The notes beneath the pieces are model-generated. The model ran no database searches, was not told the origin of the DNA, and saw only the letters and a list, made by a program, of their open reading frames with translations. This document shows positions 14,065-27,933 of a stretch of 64,000 nucleotides of DNA, piece by piece (positions within the stretch are counted from its first letter, which is position 1; each line of letters starts with the position of its first letter). The stretch is from NCBI GenBank assembly GCA_951406725.2, contig OX597840.1, positions 33,170,001 to 33,234,000 on the forward strand. The letters run 5' to 3'. The position numbers and the translations under genes were made by a program. Source of the stretch: Octopus vulgaris (Eukaryota).

Positions 14065-15430
14065 GTATATATATATATATAAACACACACATATATATAT
14101 ATATACATATACATATATATATACATATATGTATACAAACATTATGTATACAATAAATACAAATGCATATATACATACATATATACACACATATATGTAC
14201 GTACCTACATCTATATGTATATATACATACATATATATGTACGGACACCAAAAATATATAATGATATATGTACGAACACAATCGAACACAATGAGAAACG
14301 ATTTTGTGTTTATATTTTCGTTTCTCATTGTGTTCGACGTTTTTTTTTTTGGTGTCCTGTATCCATATATGCATGTATATATACATATAGATTTAGGTAC
14401 GTACATATATGTATGTATATATGCATATGTTTTATTTATTAATTTGTATATACATATATAGATCGATAGATATAATGCCATTGAGAGGAAGGCCCCAGAC
14501 CAGATTGCATTCTTTCCTAATGATCCCATAAGTTTGCTAGCATCTGTTATACAGAGCTTTTGCAAGTCGTGGTAGTACTAGTATCTGAAAGTTATTCGCA
14601 AAAAAATATATATATATATAATGTATGTTTGCGTGTGTGTGTGTGTGTGTGTATATACACACATAACATACATTGTATATATATATATATATATATTAAT
14701 ATATGTATTTATATGTGTCTGTGTATTTATGTGGATACGTATTGATAGACATACAGACGTTCTCACATGAACTTTAAACCTCTACGACTTGTCCCAAATA
14801 ACTATGTCAGGTCTATTGTGCTTGCACTTGATGGCAGTTTTGTCGGGAATGTTCCCCACAAAATATGTTCCTTGTGTTGATAGGTACGTAGACATGTAGC
14901 CACGTAGGTAGGTAGGTATTCTACAGCAGTTGTTAACCTCGGAGCAGTCTTTGCGATGGCTGTCATTGTATATAGTATTTTAACCTACATCAACCCACTG
15001 TGAGATATTTTTACTTCATCAACTTTTTGGAGGTAGCTGCTGATTATTTTTGGTTTATCCTCCATAGAACAGTGACATGATCGATACTAATAGATGCAGC
15101 TAGAGAATTAAGGGCCTTTGTAATTTCATTCGTTCTTTGTATATGTATTGTACCTGTCTCCCGCAATAGGATTTTCAAAATCCTCAAGATTTAATATCAT
15201 GTGTAATGGTCACCAATGCAAAAGGGGCTGTAACTACATGCTAATATGCTGTCCGAGTGATATCATGATGAATTTAAAATCCGGTTGGTACTGATGTCTT
15301 TAAGCTTCTTCTCTTCTCTCATCTTCTGTGATTAGGGTCTGCGGAAATTCACAGATGATGTCAGGATGAAGCATGCCAATGGGGGTCAATACAATGACTA
15401 TGTATGTATGTGTGCATATACATATGTATC

Positions 15431-15504
<74 letters not shown>

Positions 15505-15549
15505 ATATATATGATGATGATGATTATATATATGTATATACATATATAT

Positions 15550-15647
<98 letters not shown>

Positions 15648-15789
15648 AGAGCAAGACGCCCCCCGTCCAATGGATGGTGCTGAGTTGTCAAACATTTAGA
15701 CCAAATTTTCTCAAGCCAGCCGGCTTTTTTTGCACAAACTGCATGTGCATTTTTCTCGCATTCACGTAGTATCGATCGCAACAGCTGAT

Positions 15790-15990
15790 GTACTTGCGCA
15801 TACAAATGCACGTTCCCACGGCTTTATCGATCGCATTCTCACCTGGAATCGATTTTTGTAATATTTTTCAAGACTTATACACGCCCTGATACCATCGGTG
15901 TCTACATATCAAATTTGAGTGCAATTGGATGGAGGATGCCCGAGATCGGAGAAGACACACACACACAGACAGACAATGGATTTTATATAA
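15790..15990 (-). mobile_element. Helitron-like non-autonomous repeat (second copy 38810-39000)
   Basis: Two ~190-bp homologous copies ending in CAGA/CA microsatellite and TTTTATATA, the reverse complement of a Helitron-type 5' end. Confidence 0.6.
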
Positions 15991-16099
15991 TATGTATATA
16001 TAATTATTAATAATAGGGAATATAAGATTCCAAGACAACAGGGGAAAACAAAATCAATTTAGTAATACTAAATCAAATTTCACTATATATCAAATATAT

Positions 16100-16287
16100 A
16101 TAGACAGAACCTCCATAAAGTAATTAAATTAATGATGAAAGATATTATCTATAATAAAATATAAATTTGAATATATTATTATTATTATTATTAATATTAA
16201 TATGTACTAATAATATATTTAAATTTATATTTTTATTACAGATAATATCTTTCATTACTGAAATACTTTATGGAGGTTCTGTCTCTT
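16100..16287. repeat. AT-rich inverted repeat, ~80-bp arms
   Basis: AGACAGAACCTCCATAAAGTA.. / ..TACTTTATGGAGGTTCTGTCT. Confidence 0.85.
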
Positions 16288-16384
16288 AATCTGATATATA
16301 TATATATATTTTAAGAATTTTTTGCGTAATGAGATATAAAAAAACCAAAGGCTGTGTAGATATTAGAGCATTTATAGATAGAAG

Positions 16385-16436
16385 GTCTTACAGTTGTTTC
16401 TGGGATATTAATTAATAATATCACTTCATCAGAGAT
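16385..16436 (-). ncRNA. Type-I hammerhead ribozyme motif
   Basis: Minus strand: TCT CTGATGA AGTGATATTATTAATTAATATCCCA GAAA CAACTG TA AGA; canonical core, GUA cleavage triplet, short stem I. Confidence 0.7.
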
Positions 16437-16720
16437 GGTGTGAGAGGATTGTTAAGTCATAGTTAGTTCAGATGTGATACAAAATAGAGAGTGAGGTGGT
16501 GGAAAGAAAATAGATGTAACATATGTATGGGTATTGAATTCGTAAGTCCGTTTTATAGGCATAATGGTATATATGTGTAATATTCCAATATCCTATGAGT
16601 AAAGTCCAACATAATTTAATATGAGTCCTTCCAAATATAGAGTTTATAATCAATGTAATATTCTCTTAAAGTTGGTCATATATATATAGATATGCATACA
16701 TATGAATGTATACATACATA

Positions 16721-16764
<44 letters not shown>

Positions 16765-17048
16765 TATATACACACATATATATATATATTTATACACATA
16801 CATATATATATAGATATGTATACATGCATATATATATATAAAGTTCAGTTGGAGGTTCGATAAACCTCATTAGTAATATCCAATGAATTTACTGGTGTCT
16901 TACCTACTCTTTATTTGGGAATACTAATTAGTTTTAATACTCAAAAATTGATAATTAAATAAACCGAGGTTTATATTTATTTAAGGAAAATAAGAAAATA
17001 GAGATAAATCAATTAATAATTATATTTATTAATTAACAAAACTAGACC

Positions 17049-17130
17049 TAATCCCTAACAGCTGTTTCAATTCAGACTTTAAAAATTAATTAAAATAATT
17101 AAATTATAAATTTGAATCTCATCAGGATTA
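17049..17130 (-). ncRNA. Type-I hammerhead motif with long AT-rich stem II
   Basis: Minus strand: TAATC CTGATGA GATTCAAATTT..AAAGTCTGAATT GAAA CAGCTG TT AGGGATTA; stem I register imperfect. Confidence 0.6.
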
Positions 17131-17204
17131 TGTCTTTTTTTTGTAATTAATAACTATAATTATTAATTGATTTATCTCTATTTCCTTATTTTTCTTATAT
17201 ATAT

Positions 17205-17555
17205 CACATGGTTCCTGGTTCAGTCCCACTGCGTGGCACCTTGGGCAAGTGTCTTCTACTATAGCCTCGGGCTGACCAAAGCCTTGTGAGTGGATTTGGT
17301 AGGCGGAAACTGAAAGAAGCCCATCGTATATATGTATGTGTGTGTGTATATGTCTGTGTGTTTGCGTTTGTCCCCCCAACATCACTTGACAACCGATGTT
17401 GGTGTGTTTACATCCCCGTAACTCAGCGGTTCGGCAAAAAAAGACTGATAGAATAAGTACTAGGCTTACAAAGAATAAGTCCTGGGGGCGATAAGTTTGA
17501 CTAAAAGGCGGTGCTCCAGCATGGCCACAGTCAAATGACTGAAACAAGTAAAAGA
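17205..17555 (+). mobile_element. SINE family A, 5'-truncated
   Basis: Homologous to the 4291-4691 copy. Confidence 0.88.
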
Positions 17556-17986
17556 AAAACAGAAAGAATAAATTTACTGGGGTCAGTTCATTCAACTAAG
17601 AATTCTTCAAAGCAGTGCTCCAACATGGCCACAGTGTAATGAGCACTCCAGCATGGCCACAGTTGAATGACTGAAGCAAGTAAAAAATGAAAGATGAAGG
17701 CTATTATTTTCATAAATTAAATTTTTTAGGAATTGTATAAAAAAAATTCTAAAAATATTTTCTTTTTCGAAGAAGTAAAACCAATTTATTGCAGATAAAC
17801 TTTAACAACAGGATCTTACATGCCCTTCCCCCCATCACCACCACCACAAAGGGTCATATGGACCCCCACTTATAAACCACAGTTCTAGTGTCGTTATCCA
17901 CCTGGGTTGCTCATAATGAGTTATCTATTACTGCATGCTTTGCAATTCTCTTTCAGGTGTTGCTTCAAGGTAACAACAACAGTATT

Positions 17987-18306
17987 TTTTCTTTTTTTTA
18001 TGCGCCCTTTTCAAGCCTATCCAGGCTCATGGGACCGGTTTCCCAGTTTCTGTGGCGTATATGTCTTCCCCCCAGCTGGATGGGATGCCAGTCCATTGCA
18101 GTGTTACTCAAGAAACAGGAAGAGAGAGTGAGAGAAAGTTGGGGCGAAAGAGTACAACAGGGGTCGCCACCATCCTCTGCCGGAGCCTCGTGGAGCTTTA
18201 GGTGTTTTCGCTCAATAAACACACACAACGCTCGGTCTGGGAATCGAAACAGTGATCTTCCAACCGTGAGTCCACTGCCCTAACCATTGGGCTATTGCAC
18301 CTCCAC
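17987..18306 (-). mobile_element. tRNA-derived SINE family E (possibly octopus OR-type), full length
   Basis: tRNA-like A/B boxes; 15-bp TSD AACAACAACAGTATT at 17972 and 18307; 5' half also at 39066-39218 (+). Confidence 0.85.
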
Positions 18307-18360
18307 AACAACAACAGTATTCAGGCAGGTATTGATTGATATTCAAAACATATTTCCACA

Positions 18361-18451
18361 TAGGCGCAGGAGTGGCTGTGTGGTAAGTAGCTGCTTACCA
18401 ACCACATGGTTGCTAAGCAAACTACTTACCACACAGCCACTCCTATGCCTA
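18361..18451. repeat. Fold-back of two inverted SINE-A heads
   Basis: TAGGCGCAGGAGTGGCTGTGTGGTAAGTAG..ACCACATGGT..CTACTTACCACACAGCCACTCCTATGCCTA. Confidence 0.85.
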
Positions 18452-18548
18452 TGTGATTTGAGAGGAAAACTGAGTATAAGTGGTATCAGATGATGTGTGC
18501 AAGAGAAAATACTGCTGGTTTGGTTATATGATGCCTATGGACAGCTGC

Positions 18549-19529
18549 TTAACTCTTTTGTTACCAACCTGGCTGAAACCACCTCTGGCTCTGTAGTACA
18601 AATGTCTTGTTTTCATAAGTTCTGAATTAAAATCTTTCACCAAACCTTAGTCACAATTTATGTTCCTAACACTAGCTTAATGATAACTAAGTTATTTTAC
18701 TAAATTCTTTGTTATATTTAAAATTAATTGAAAGAAACACAGAGCATCTCAACAGAAATATGGTAACAAAAGGGTTAAAATATATAATAGAGAAACAATT
18801 CTTAACCCTTTTGATACCAACCTGGCTGAAACCACCTCTGGCTCTGTAGTACAAATGTCTTGTTTTCATAAGTTCTGAATTAAAATCTTCCACCAAACCT
18901 TAGTCACAATTTATGTTCCTAACACTAGCTTAATGATAACTAAGTTATTTTACTAAATTCTTTGTTATATTTAAAATTAATTGAAAGAAACACAGAGCAT
19001 CTCAACAGAAATATGGTAACAAAAGGGTTAAAATATATAATAGAGAAACACTTCTTAACCCTTTTGATACCAACCTGGCTGAAACCACCTCTGGCTCTGT
19101 AGTACAAATGTCTTGTTTTCATAAGTTCTGAATTAAAATCTTTCACCAAACCTTAGTCACAATTTATGTTCCTAACACTAGCTTAATGATAACTAAGTTT
19201 ACTAAATTCTTTGTTATATTTAAAATTAATTGAAAGAAACACAGAGCATCTCAACAGAAATATGGTAACAAAAGGGTTAAAATATATAATAGAGAAACAC
19301 TTCTTAACCCGTTTGATACCAACCCGGCTGAAACCACTTCTGGCTTTGTAGTACAAATGTCTTGTTTCCATAAGTTCTGAATTAAAATCTACCAAACCTT
19401 AGTCACAGTTTATGTTCCTAACACTAGCTTAATGATAACCAGGTTATTTTACTAAATTCTTTGTTATATTTAAAGTAATTGAAAGAAACACAGAGTATCT
19501 CAACAGAAATATGGTAAGAAAAGGGTTAA
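18549..19529 (+). mobile_element. Tandem array of four piggyBac-type MITEs (~253-bp period)
   Basis: Each unit reads TTAA-CCCTTTTG(A/T)TACCA...TGGTAACAAAAGGG-TTAA; units start at 18549, 18802, 19055 and 19304; 23-bp spacer between units. Confidence 0.9.
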
Positions 19530-19744
19530 CTTGTGTATGTTGAACTATATAATATGTTAGAGAAAGAAACCCAGCTGTTTCTGGTAATACATACCAATAT
19601 ATACCTCTAAAGCAAAATTTTTTTCAGGGGCCCTTAAAATACTTCTGTAGGTCCCCAATTTACTATTTTATTGCATCGACCCCACAAAAATCTTATGTGG
19701 GCCCTGGTTGAGAACCACTAATTTAAATTAATTTGCCAAATGGT

Positions 19745-20475
19745 AAAGGCAAAGGGTAAGGGTAAAAACCTCCTTCGGTCATGAATGACCATGGGGTTGC
19801 ACTTAGAAAGTGCCCCCTCAAGTGTACAAGTCCAGGCAGGGTTGTTTTATGAAAGACCAGCCTCCCCTCTTCACACTACAGATGGTATCCAAGAGAAGGG
19901 CAAAAGCTGATACAGCTTGGCCCCAGATCATCATCATCATCGTTTAACATCCGTTTGTATGGGTTGGACGGTTCAACTGGGGTCTAGGAAGCCAGGAGGC
20001 TGCGCCAAGTTCCAGTCTGATCTGGGAGTGTTTCTACAGCTGGATGTCCTTCCTAATACCAACCACTCCGTGAGTGTTGTGGGTGCTTTTTACATGTCAC
20101 TGGCACAGAAGCCAGTCAAGGTGGCGCTGGCATCGGACACATTCAGATGGTGCTTTTTACATGCCACTGGCACAGAAGCCAGTCAAGGTGATGCTGGCAT
20201 CGGCCACGTTCGGATGGTGCTTTTTACGTGCCACCGGCACAGGTATCATAACTACAATTTCCATTTGTTTTCCATTTTGATGTTGATGTACTTGACTCAA
20301 TAGGTCTCCTCAAGCACAGCAGGTTGCAACTTATTTCTACAGCTGAGTGAACTGGAGCAACATAAAATAAAGTGTCTTGCTCAAGAACACAACACACAGC
20401 CCAGTCCAAGAATCGAACTAACTATCTCATGACTGCAAGCCCAACACTCTAACCACTGAGCCATATATCTTCACT
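19745..20475 (-). mobile_element. CORE-type tRNA SINE interrupted by a nested family-D element (19927-20324)
   Basis: Both parts align to the 35073-35380 copy; CORE-like TCTTGAGCAAGACACTTTATTT. Confidence 0.75.
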
Positions 20476-20863
20476 TTTGCCAAAAGTAATTCCTATTTAT
20501 TCACATTGTTTTGAATTAATCATGGATTATCTCATAACTTTGAGATTGTTTATTTTTAGAAGGGCATTGTAGGATAGGTGAGAGAGGCTGGATCTGGCTC
20601 GTTCTGAACATAAAACAGGTAGCCTGGATATTCTTCTATTTTTGTTACTTGTTTCAGTCATTTGAGTGGCCATGCTGGGGCACTGCCTTGAAGAGTTTTA
20701 GTCAAACAAGTCAACCCCAAGGCTTATTTTTCTAAGCCTAGTACTTATTCTATCGGTTCCTTTTGACAAACCGCTATGTTATGGGGACATAAACACACCA
20801 ACAACAGTTGTCATGTGGTGATAGTGGGGACAAACACAAAGGCACTCACTGATATATACATGA

Positions 20864-20898
<35 letters not shown>

Positions 20899-20966
20899 TG
20901 CAGGAGTGGCTGTGTGGTAAGTAGCTTGCTTACCAACCACATGGTTCCGTCCCACTGCTACTATAC

Positions 20967-20998
<32 letters not shown>

Positions 20999-21018
20999 AT
21001 GTATGTATATATATAGAT

Positions 21019-21063
<45 letters not shown>

Positions 21064-21361
21064 AGAGAGAGAGATATGTATATCTATATATATATATATG
21101 TATGTATGTAAGTATATATCTCTGTACATACATATACATACTTTACATACATATATATATATATATATATATACATAACTCCAAGTAAGTTAGGGGTTGT
21201 GGATCCAACCCACTAAGGGATAATACTTATCCAATATACTGTTGGTATGATACTCAATTATTAATGCACAAGTGTTTTTAATTGCAATGCAGTTAACTTA
21301 CTTATTGTATTAAATGGGTGAAGGTAAAGAAATATTTTACCATTAATTTATATTACAAATT

Positions 21362-21680
21362 AGGAAATGGAGAAACACAATTGTTGGTTCATTAACTTTA
21401 GGACATTAAAAATGTTAACTTATTTATTTATTAAAATGATAATTATAATAACATACATACATATAGCATATTATTCAATGCATATAAAATAAGGATACAA
21501 GTAATTATTAAAAAACATGAATATGAATTATTAAATTGCTTGTATTCTTATTTTATATGCATAGAATAATATGCTATATGTATGTATGTAATTATAATTA
21601 TCATTCTAATTAATAAATAAGTTAACATTTTTAATGTCCTAAAATTGATGAACCAAGTAATGTGCTTCTCCATTTTCTTA
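21362..21680. repeat. Long inverted repeat, ~150-bp arms
   Basis: AAATGGAGAAACACA..TAGGACATTAAAAATGTTAACTTATTTATT.. mirrored by ..AATAAATAAGTTAACATTTTTAATGTCCTA..TGTGCTTCTCCATTT. Confidence 0.88.
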
Positions 21681-21940
21681 TTTGCTATATATATTGTGTT
21701 TCTGTCAGCCAAATCCACTCACAAGGCTTAGATCTGCCCAGGCTATGGTAGGAGAACTATGCAGTGTGGAACTGAACCGAGTATCACATACCTGTGAAAC
21801 AAGCCTCCTCCACAAACCACTTTTATATATATACATACATACACATGTATATATATATATATATACATACATATATATAGACACACATACATACATACAT
21901 ATATACATACACACACATACACACACATATATACATATAT

Positions 21941-22108
21941 ATAGGTGAAAAGAACATGGAGGACAAATAACAAACAGAAGTGTGGCTTTTGCTCAGGTAA
22001 GCCTTTATTTCTCACTCTCACCTTTATTTACTAATTAAATAATGGCTTACTGGCGCAAACGACACACTCCTGTTTGTTATTTGTTCTCTAGTTTCTTCTC
22101 GCCTACAT
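21941..22108. repeat. Inverted repeat, ~65-bp arms
   Basis: ACAAATAACAAACAGAAGTGTG..GTAAGCC / GGCTTAC..CACACTCCTGTTTGTTATTTGT. Confidence 0.8.
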
Positions 22109-23029
22109 AAATTAAACTACAGTTACCCACTAAATTACCTGCTGCTGTTTACCTTTTACCAAGGAATATACCCATTGAGGTAATTACTAGAAGTACCTTT
22201 GGATATATCTATCTCTTAGAGGCCTTAAACATCTCTAACTTCTACCTGTACACACATATATATATATATATATAAATTAATAAATAAAATAAAACATATG
22301 CATATATACATACATCTATGTACGTATCTACCTCTACATGTATATATATATACATGCATATATGGGTACAGGACACCAAAAGAACGTCGAACACAATGAG
22401 AAACGAAAACATAAACACAAAACCAAGGAAATGGACATTTTTCTTAAACAACGGAAAAATAGAGTACAGGACATACAAAACAAGGAAAATTCCCCTTCTT
22501 CAGTCACCATGGTTTCATCTACTCTGCGTTTCGAAAGTGAATAAATATATATAATAATAATAACATGAGGGAATATTATTTCAAACTTACAGGGAAAAAT
22601 TCAATTTAGAAATACTAAATCAAATTTCACAAAATATAATATATATTTATATGAATTAGAAAAAAAACTACCTTTTATCAATTCAACAATGAAAAAATTA
22701 AATTATACCATTTAGAAAAATTACATATTATAGAAAGATTAAATATTAGACAAAACATATAACAATGATTAAGCAATGTGCAAAATAATAAATAAAACAT
22801 ATACCACACAGCCATATGCATATATATATATATATATATATATATTTTTATTTTATTTTTTAAAATTTTATCTAGTTTCAGCTCACGAGCTGTGGCCATG
22901 CTGGGGCACCGCCATTTGGTGTTGCTACATGATTTTACTTCACGAATGCATTTTAGCAATTGCCATTTGGTGCATGAGAGAGTTCGATGCAGCTGCCCTA
23001 TCTGCATATTTATATATATATAAATATAT

Positions 23030-23762
23030 ATGGCTGTGTGGTAAGAAGTTTGCTGCCCAACCACATGGTTCCGGGTTCAGTCCTTCTGCATGGAACCTTG
23101 GGCAAATGTCTTCTACTATAGCCAATCAGAGCCTTATGAGTAGAATTGGAAGATGGAAACTGAAAGAAGTCCATCATGTATGTATTTGTGTGTGTGTATG
23201 TGTGTTAGTTCCCCCTACCATCACTTGACGAGTGATGCTGGTGTGTTTATTTCCCCATGACGTAGCAGTTCAGCAAAGAAAACCAATAAAAAAAGAACTA
23301 GTGTGTCAAAAAATAAGTCAGGGTGTTTATTTCTTCGACTAAGACCTTTTAAGGCGGTGCTCCAGCATGGACACAGTCAAATGACTGAAACAAATAAAGG
23401 ATAGAAGAATATATACATGTATAGATATGATATAGATAGATACATAGAAAGCTAGAGAGAGAGAGAGAGAGTAAGAGAGATAGAGCAGGAGAGTTATAAA
23501 GATATATATATATATATACATTTTTCTACACTAGGTACAAGGCCCGAAATATTGGGGGAGGGGCCAATTGATATGATCGACCCCAGTACGCAACTGGTTC
23601 TTAATTTATCGACTCCAAAAGGGTGAAAAACTAAGCTGACCTCAGTGGAATTTGAACTCAGAACATAAAGACAGACGAAATACCACGAAGCATTTTGTCC
23701 AGCTTGCTAACGATTCTGCCAGCTTGCCACCTTAGATATGTGTGTGTGTGCGCGCGTATGTA

Positions 23763-23804
<42 letters not shown>

Positions 23805-23902
23805 CACGGTGCTCCAGCATGGCCACAGTCAAATGACTGAAACAAGTAAAAGAGTAAAAAGAGAGTAATGTATGTATGTATGTGTGTGTGTATGTGTGTG
23901 TG

Positions 23903-23940
<38 letters not shown>

Positions 23941-24226
23941 CACACACACATACATACATACATTACTCTCTTTTTACTCTTTTACTTGTTTCAGTCATAT
24001 ATGTGTGTGTGTGTGTGTGTGTGTATGTGTTTGACCCCCCAACATCGCTTGATAACAGATGCTGCTGTGTTTACGTCCCAGTAACTTAGTGGTTCAGCTA
24101 AAGATACTGATAGAATCAGTACTAGGCTTACAAAGAATAAGTCCTGGTGTCGATTTGCTCGACTAAAGGCAGTGCTCCAATATGGCCACAGTCAAATGAC
24201 TGAAACAAGTAAAAGAGTAAAAGAGT
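23030..24226. mobile_element. Cluster of older SINE-A copies/fragments (+) and one SINE-B variant (23520-23732, minus)
   Basis: Homology to the families defined elsewhere in the window. Confidence 0.75.
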
Positions 24227-25060
24227 ATATGTGTATATACATATATGTAGTATATATATATATGTATATTTATGTATTTATATGTATATATATGTGTTTA
24301 TATGCATATGTATGTATATGTATATATAAGTGTATACATATACATATGTGTTTATATATGTAAGTATATATATATATATATACATATATATATCTATATA
24401 TATAGATATATATATGTGTGTGTGTGTGTATATATTTGTGTGTGTGTGCACGTATGCGTGTCTGTTTCTTTGTGCCTCTATTGCTCCTCCAGCACCACTG
24501 CTTGACAACCGGTGTTGGTGTGGTTACATCCCTGTAACTTAGCAGTTCAGCAAAAGAGACTGACTGAATAAGTACCAGCCTTCATACAAAAAAAAAAATA
24601 ATTACAGGGTTTCGCTCGTCTGACTAAAACGACGACAGTATTTATAACGAATGACTACGGTGGTTAAAAAAATTATGATTATAATTATAATAGGTAGGTC
24701 GTTATTTTCCCCACTAATAACCGTAACTGCTGACACCAAATAATCACCGTGGAGTGTCACTGCGTGTGTGTGTGTGTGTGAAGCAATACCTACAATTATG
24801 TAACCGGCTGCTAGGAATGTCATGTGAATCTTGTTGCACTGAATTGCACTAGTTTGCTAGTTCACATACTCACACGGATACGTTCATGCACACACACACA
24901 CTCCCTCACACACACTCACGCACACACAGACATACATATAAATTCATACATACATACACTCGTGTTTATGTATATGTGTGTTGCATATGTATATGCAAAT
25001 ATATATATATATATATATATATTTTTCCATGTTAATTGTTGACAAGGGAAAAATAGACAC

Positions 25061-25570
<510 letters not shown>

Positions 25571-25937
25571 ATATATATGTGTGTGTGTATGTATGTAAGT
25601 ACATATGGCTTGATAGGCAAACAGACAGAGATACATAGATAGATAGATAGACAGACAGGCAGACATATGTGTGTGTGTGTGTGTCCACCACCACCTCACT
25701 GCCAGTGTTAGTGTATTCACATCCACATCTCTGTAACTTAGCAGTTCATCTGCAGAGACAGACAGAATAAGTGCCAAACTTCAAAAACTAAAAAAAAAAA
25801 AAGGTATTAGGGGTCAATTTCTTTGACTAAAAATTCTTCAAGGTGGTGCCCCAACATGGCCACAGCCTAATGACTGTAAAAGATAAAAGATAATAATATA
25901 TAATGAATAATGTATAATAATATAATCTATAATATAT

Positions 25938-26312
25938 ACTCTCTTTACTCTTTTACTTGTTTCAGTCATTTGACTGTGGCCATGCTGGAGCACCGCCTTT
26001 AGTCGAGCAAATCGACCCTAGTACTTATTCTATCAGTCTCTTTTGCCGAACCGCTAAGTTACGGGGACGTAAACACACCAGCTTCGGTTGTCAAGCAATG
26101 CTAGGGGGACAAACACACACACGCATATATATATATATATATACATATATATGATGGGCTTCTTTCAGTTTCCGTCTACCAAATCCACTCACACGGCTTT
26201 GGTCAGCCCAATGCTATAGTAGAAGACACTTGCCCAAGGTGCCATGCAGTGGGACTGAACCCAGAACCATGGGGTTGGTAAGCAAGCTACTTACCACACA
26301 GCCACTCCTGTG
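25938..26312 (-). mobile_element. SINE family A
   Basis: Near full-length homology. Confidence 0.88.
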
Positions 26313-26619
26313 ACTATAGTATATTTAGTAATATATTAGTACTTAATTAATATTTAATTAAAAACAGTCATACTGTATTATATAGATCATTAATTTTTAC
26401 CAGTTTATAATATGTAATATGAAGCAATTTATACTGTTTAATAATATGATATATAATCTATATTCAGTTATCTAAAAATTTTACTTATTCTGTATGCAAA
26501 AATCTTAATTATATTGGAGAAATTAATTGAAACCTCATAGGCAGTCTGTTAATTAGAAATATGGTCACAGAATGGATTCTAAAATTAGATCTATTACAAC
26601 AAAGTTGTTTGTGTGTGTG

Positions 26620-26688
<69 letters not shown>

Positions 26689-26723
26689 GTGTGTGTATGT
26701 ATATTTATATATATATATATATA

Positions 26724-26901
26724 TAGGCGTAGGAGTGGCTGTGTGGTAAGTAGCTTGCTTACAAACCACGTGGTTCCGGGTTCAGTCTCACTGCGTGGCA
26801 CCTTGGGCAAGTGTCTTCTACAATAGCCCCGGGCCAACCAAAGCCTTGTCAGTGGATTTGGCGGACAGAAACTGAAAGAAGCCTGTTGTATATGTATATA
26901 C

Positions 26902-26938
<37 letters not shown>

Positions 26939-27130
26939 GTTGTGTGTCTGTGTTTGTCCCCCCCGACATTGCTTGACAACCGATGTTGGTGTGTTTATGT
27001 CCCTGTAACTTAGTGGTTCGGCAAAAGAGACCAATAGAACAAGTACTAGGCTTCCAAAGAATAAGTCTTAAAGGCGGTGCTCCAGCATGGCCACAGTCAA
27101 ATGACTGAAACAAGTAAAAGAGTAAAAGAG
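26724..27130 (+). mobile_element. SINE family A
   Basis: Near full-length homology. Confidence 0.88.
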
Positions 27131-27174
27131 AAAATATATATAAATATATATATATATATGTATTTATGTACGTA

Positions 27175-27214
<40 letters not shown>

Positions 27215-27699
27215 CATACATACATACACACATACATATGTAACATACTGCCTAAATACCAATCTTGAGAAATGAGGCTTCTCAAAACCAGAAAAGAGAA
27301 AGCTAACAGCAAACAACAAAAATTTTTTATCATGCTACTTAAACTTTTTCAGCTGATTTAGGGTAATTTCAGGGTGCCGAATCTGAATCTGACATCAGTT
27401 TTCAGGCAGCTAGTGTGGTTTTTTTTAGTTATTCACAGCATCAGATTTAACATCCAATAGATAATATTGACAAAATAGTAAGCTGTTTGCTTTCGAGTTT
27501 CATTCATATGAAAAGGCGTAGGAGTGGCTGTGTGGTAAGTAGCTTGCTAACCAACTACATGGTTCCGGGTTCAGTCCCACTGTGTGGCACCTTGGGCAAG
27601 TGTCTTCTACTATAGCCTCGGGCCGACCAATGCCTTGTGAGTGGATTTGGTAGAGGGAAACTGAAAGAAGCCCGTCATATATATGTGTGTATATATATG

Positions 27700-27767
<68 letters not shown>

Positions 27768-27933
27768 GAAGGGTGAAATTAATTAATTTGGAATAATTAT
27801 CAATTACACCAAGTAGTCTTCGGCATGTAAAAGCCTCATTCGAGGAAAATTTAAGTAATACTAAGCAGTAATACTAATACTATTGCTTAGTATTACCCTT
27901 TATTGCTTAGTATTACTTATATATATATATATA

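Noticed and set aside
14470-14590. Candidate minus-strand exon after a TTTCAG acceptor
   Set aside because: Stops in all three frames, and its end (CTTCCTCTCAATG..ATTA) recurs at 13960, so it is a repeat terminus
17940-17975. Possible 13-nt micro-exon (TTTCAG|GTGTTGCTTCAAG|GTAACA)
   Set aside because: Splice-like motifs arise by chance; no supporting neighbouring exons
18549-19529. Repeat-spacer array resembling CRISPR, and repeated 69-aa ORFs
   Set aside because: Spacers are identical, the repeats are 230-bp TTAA-flanked MITEs, no cas genes, eukaryotic context
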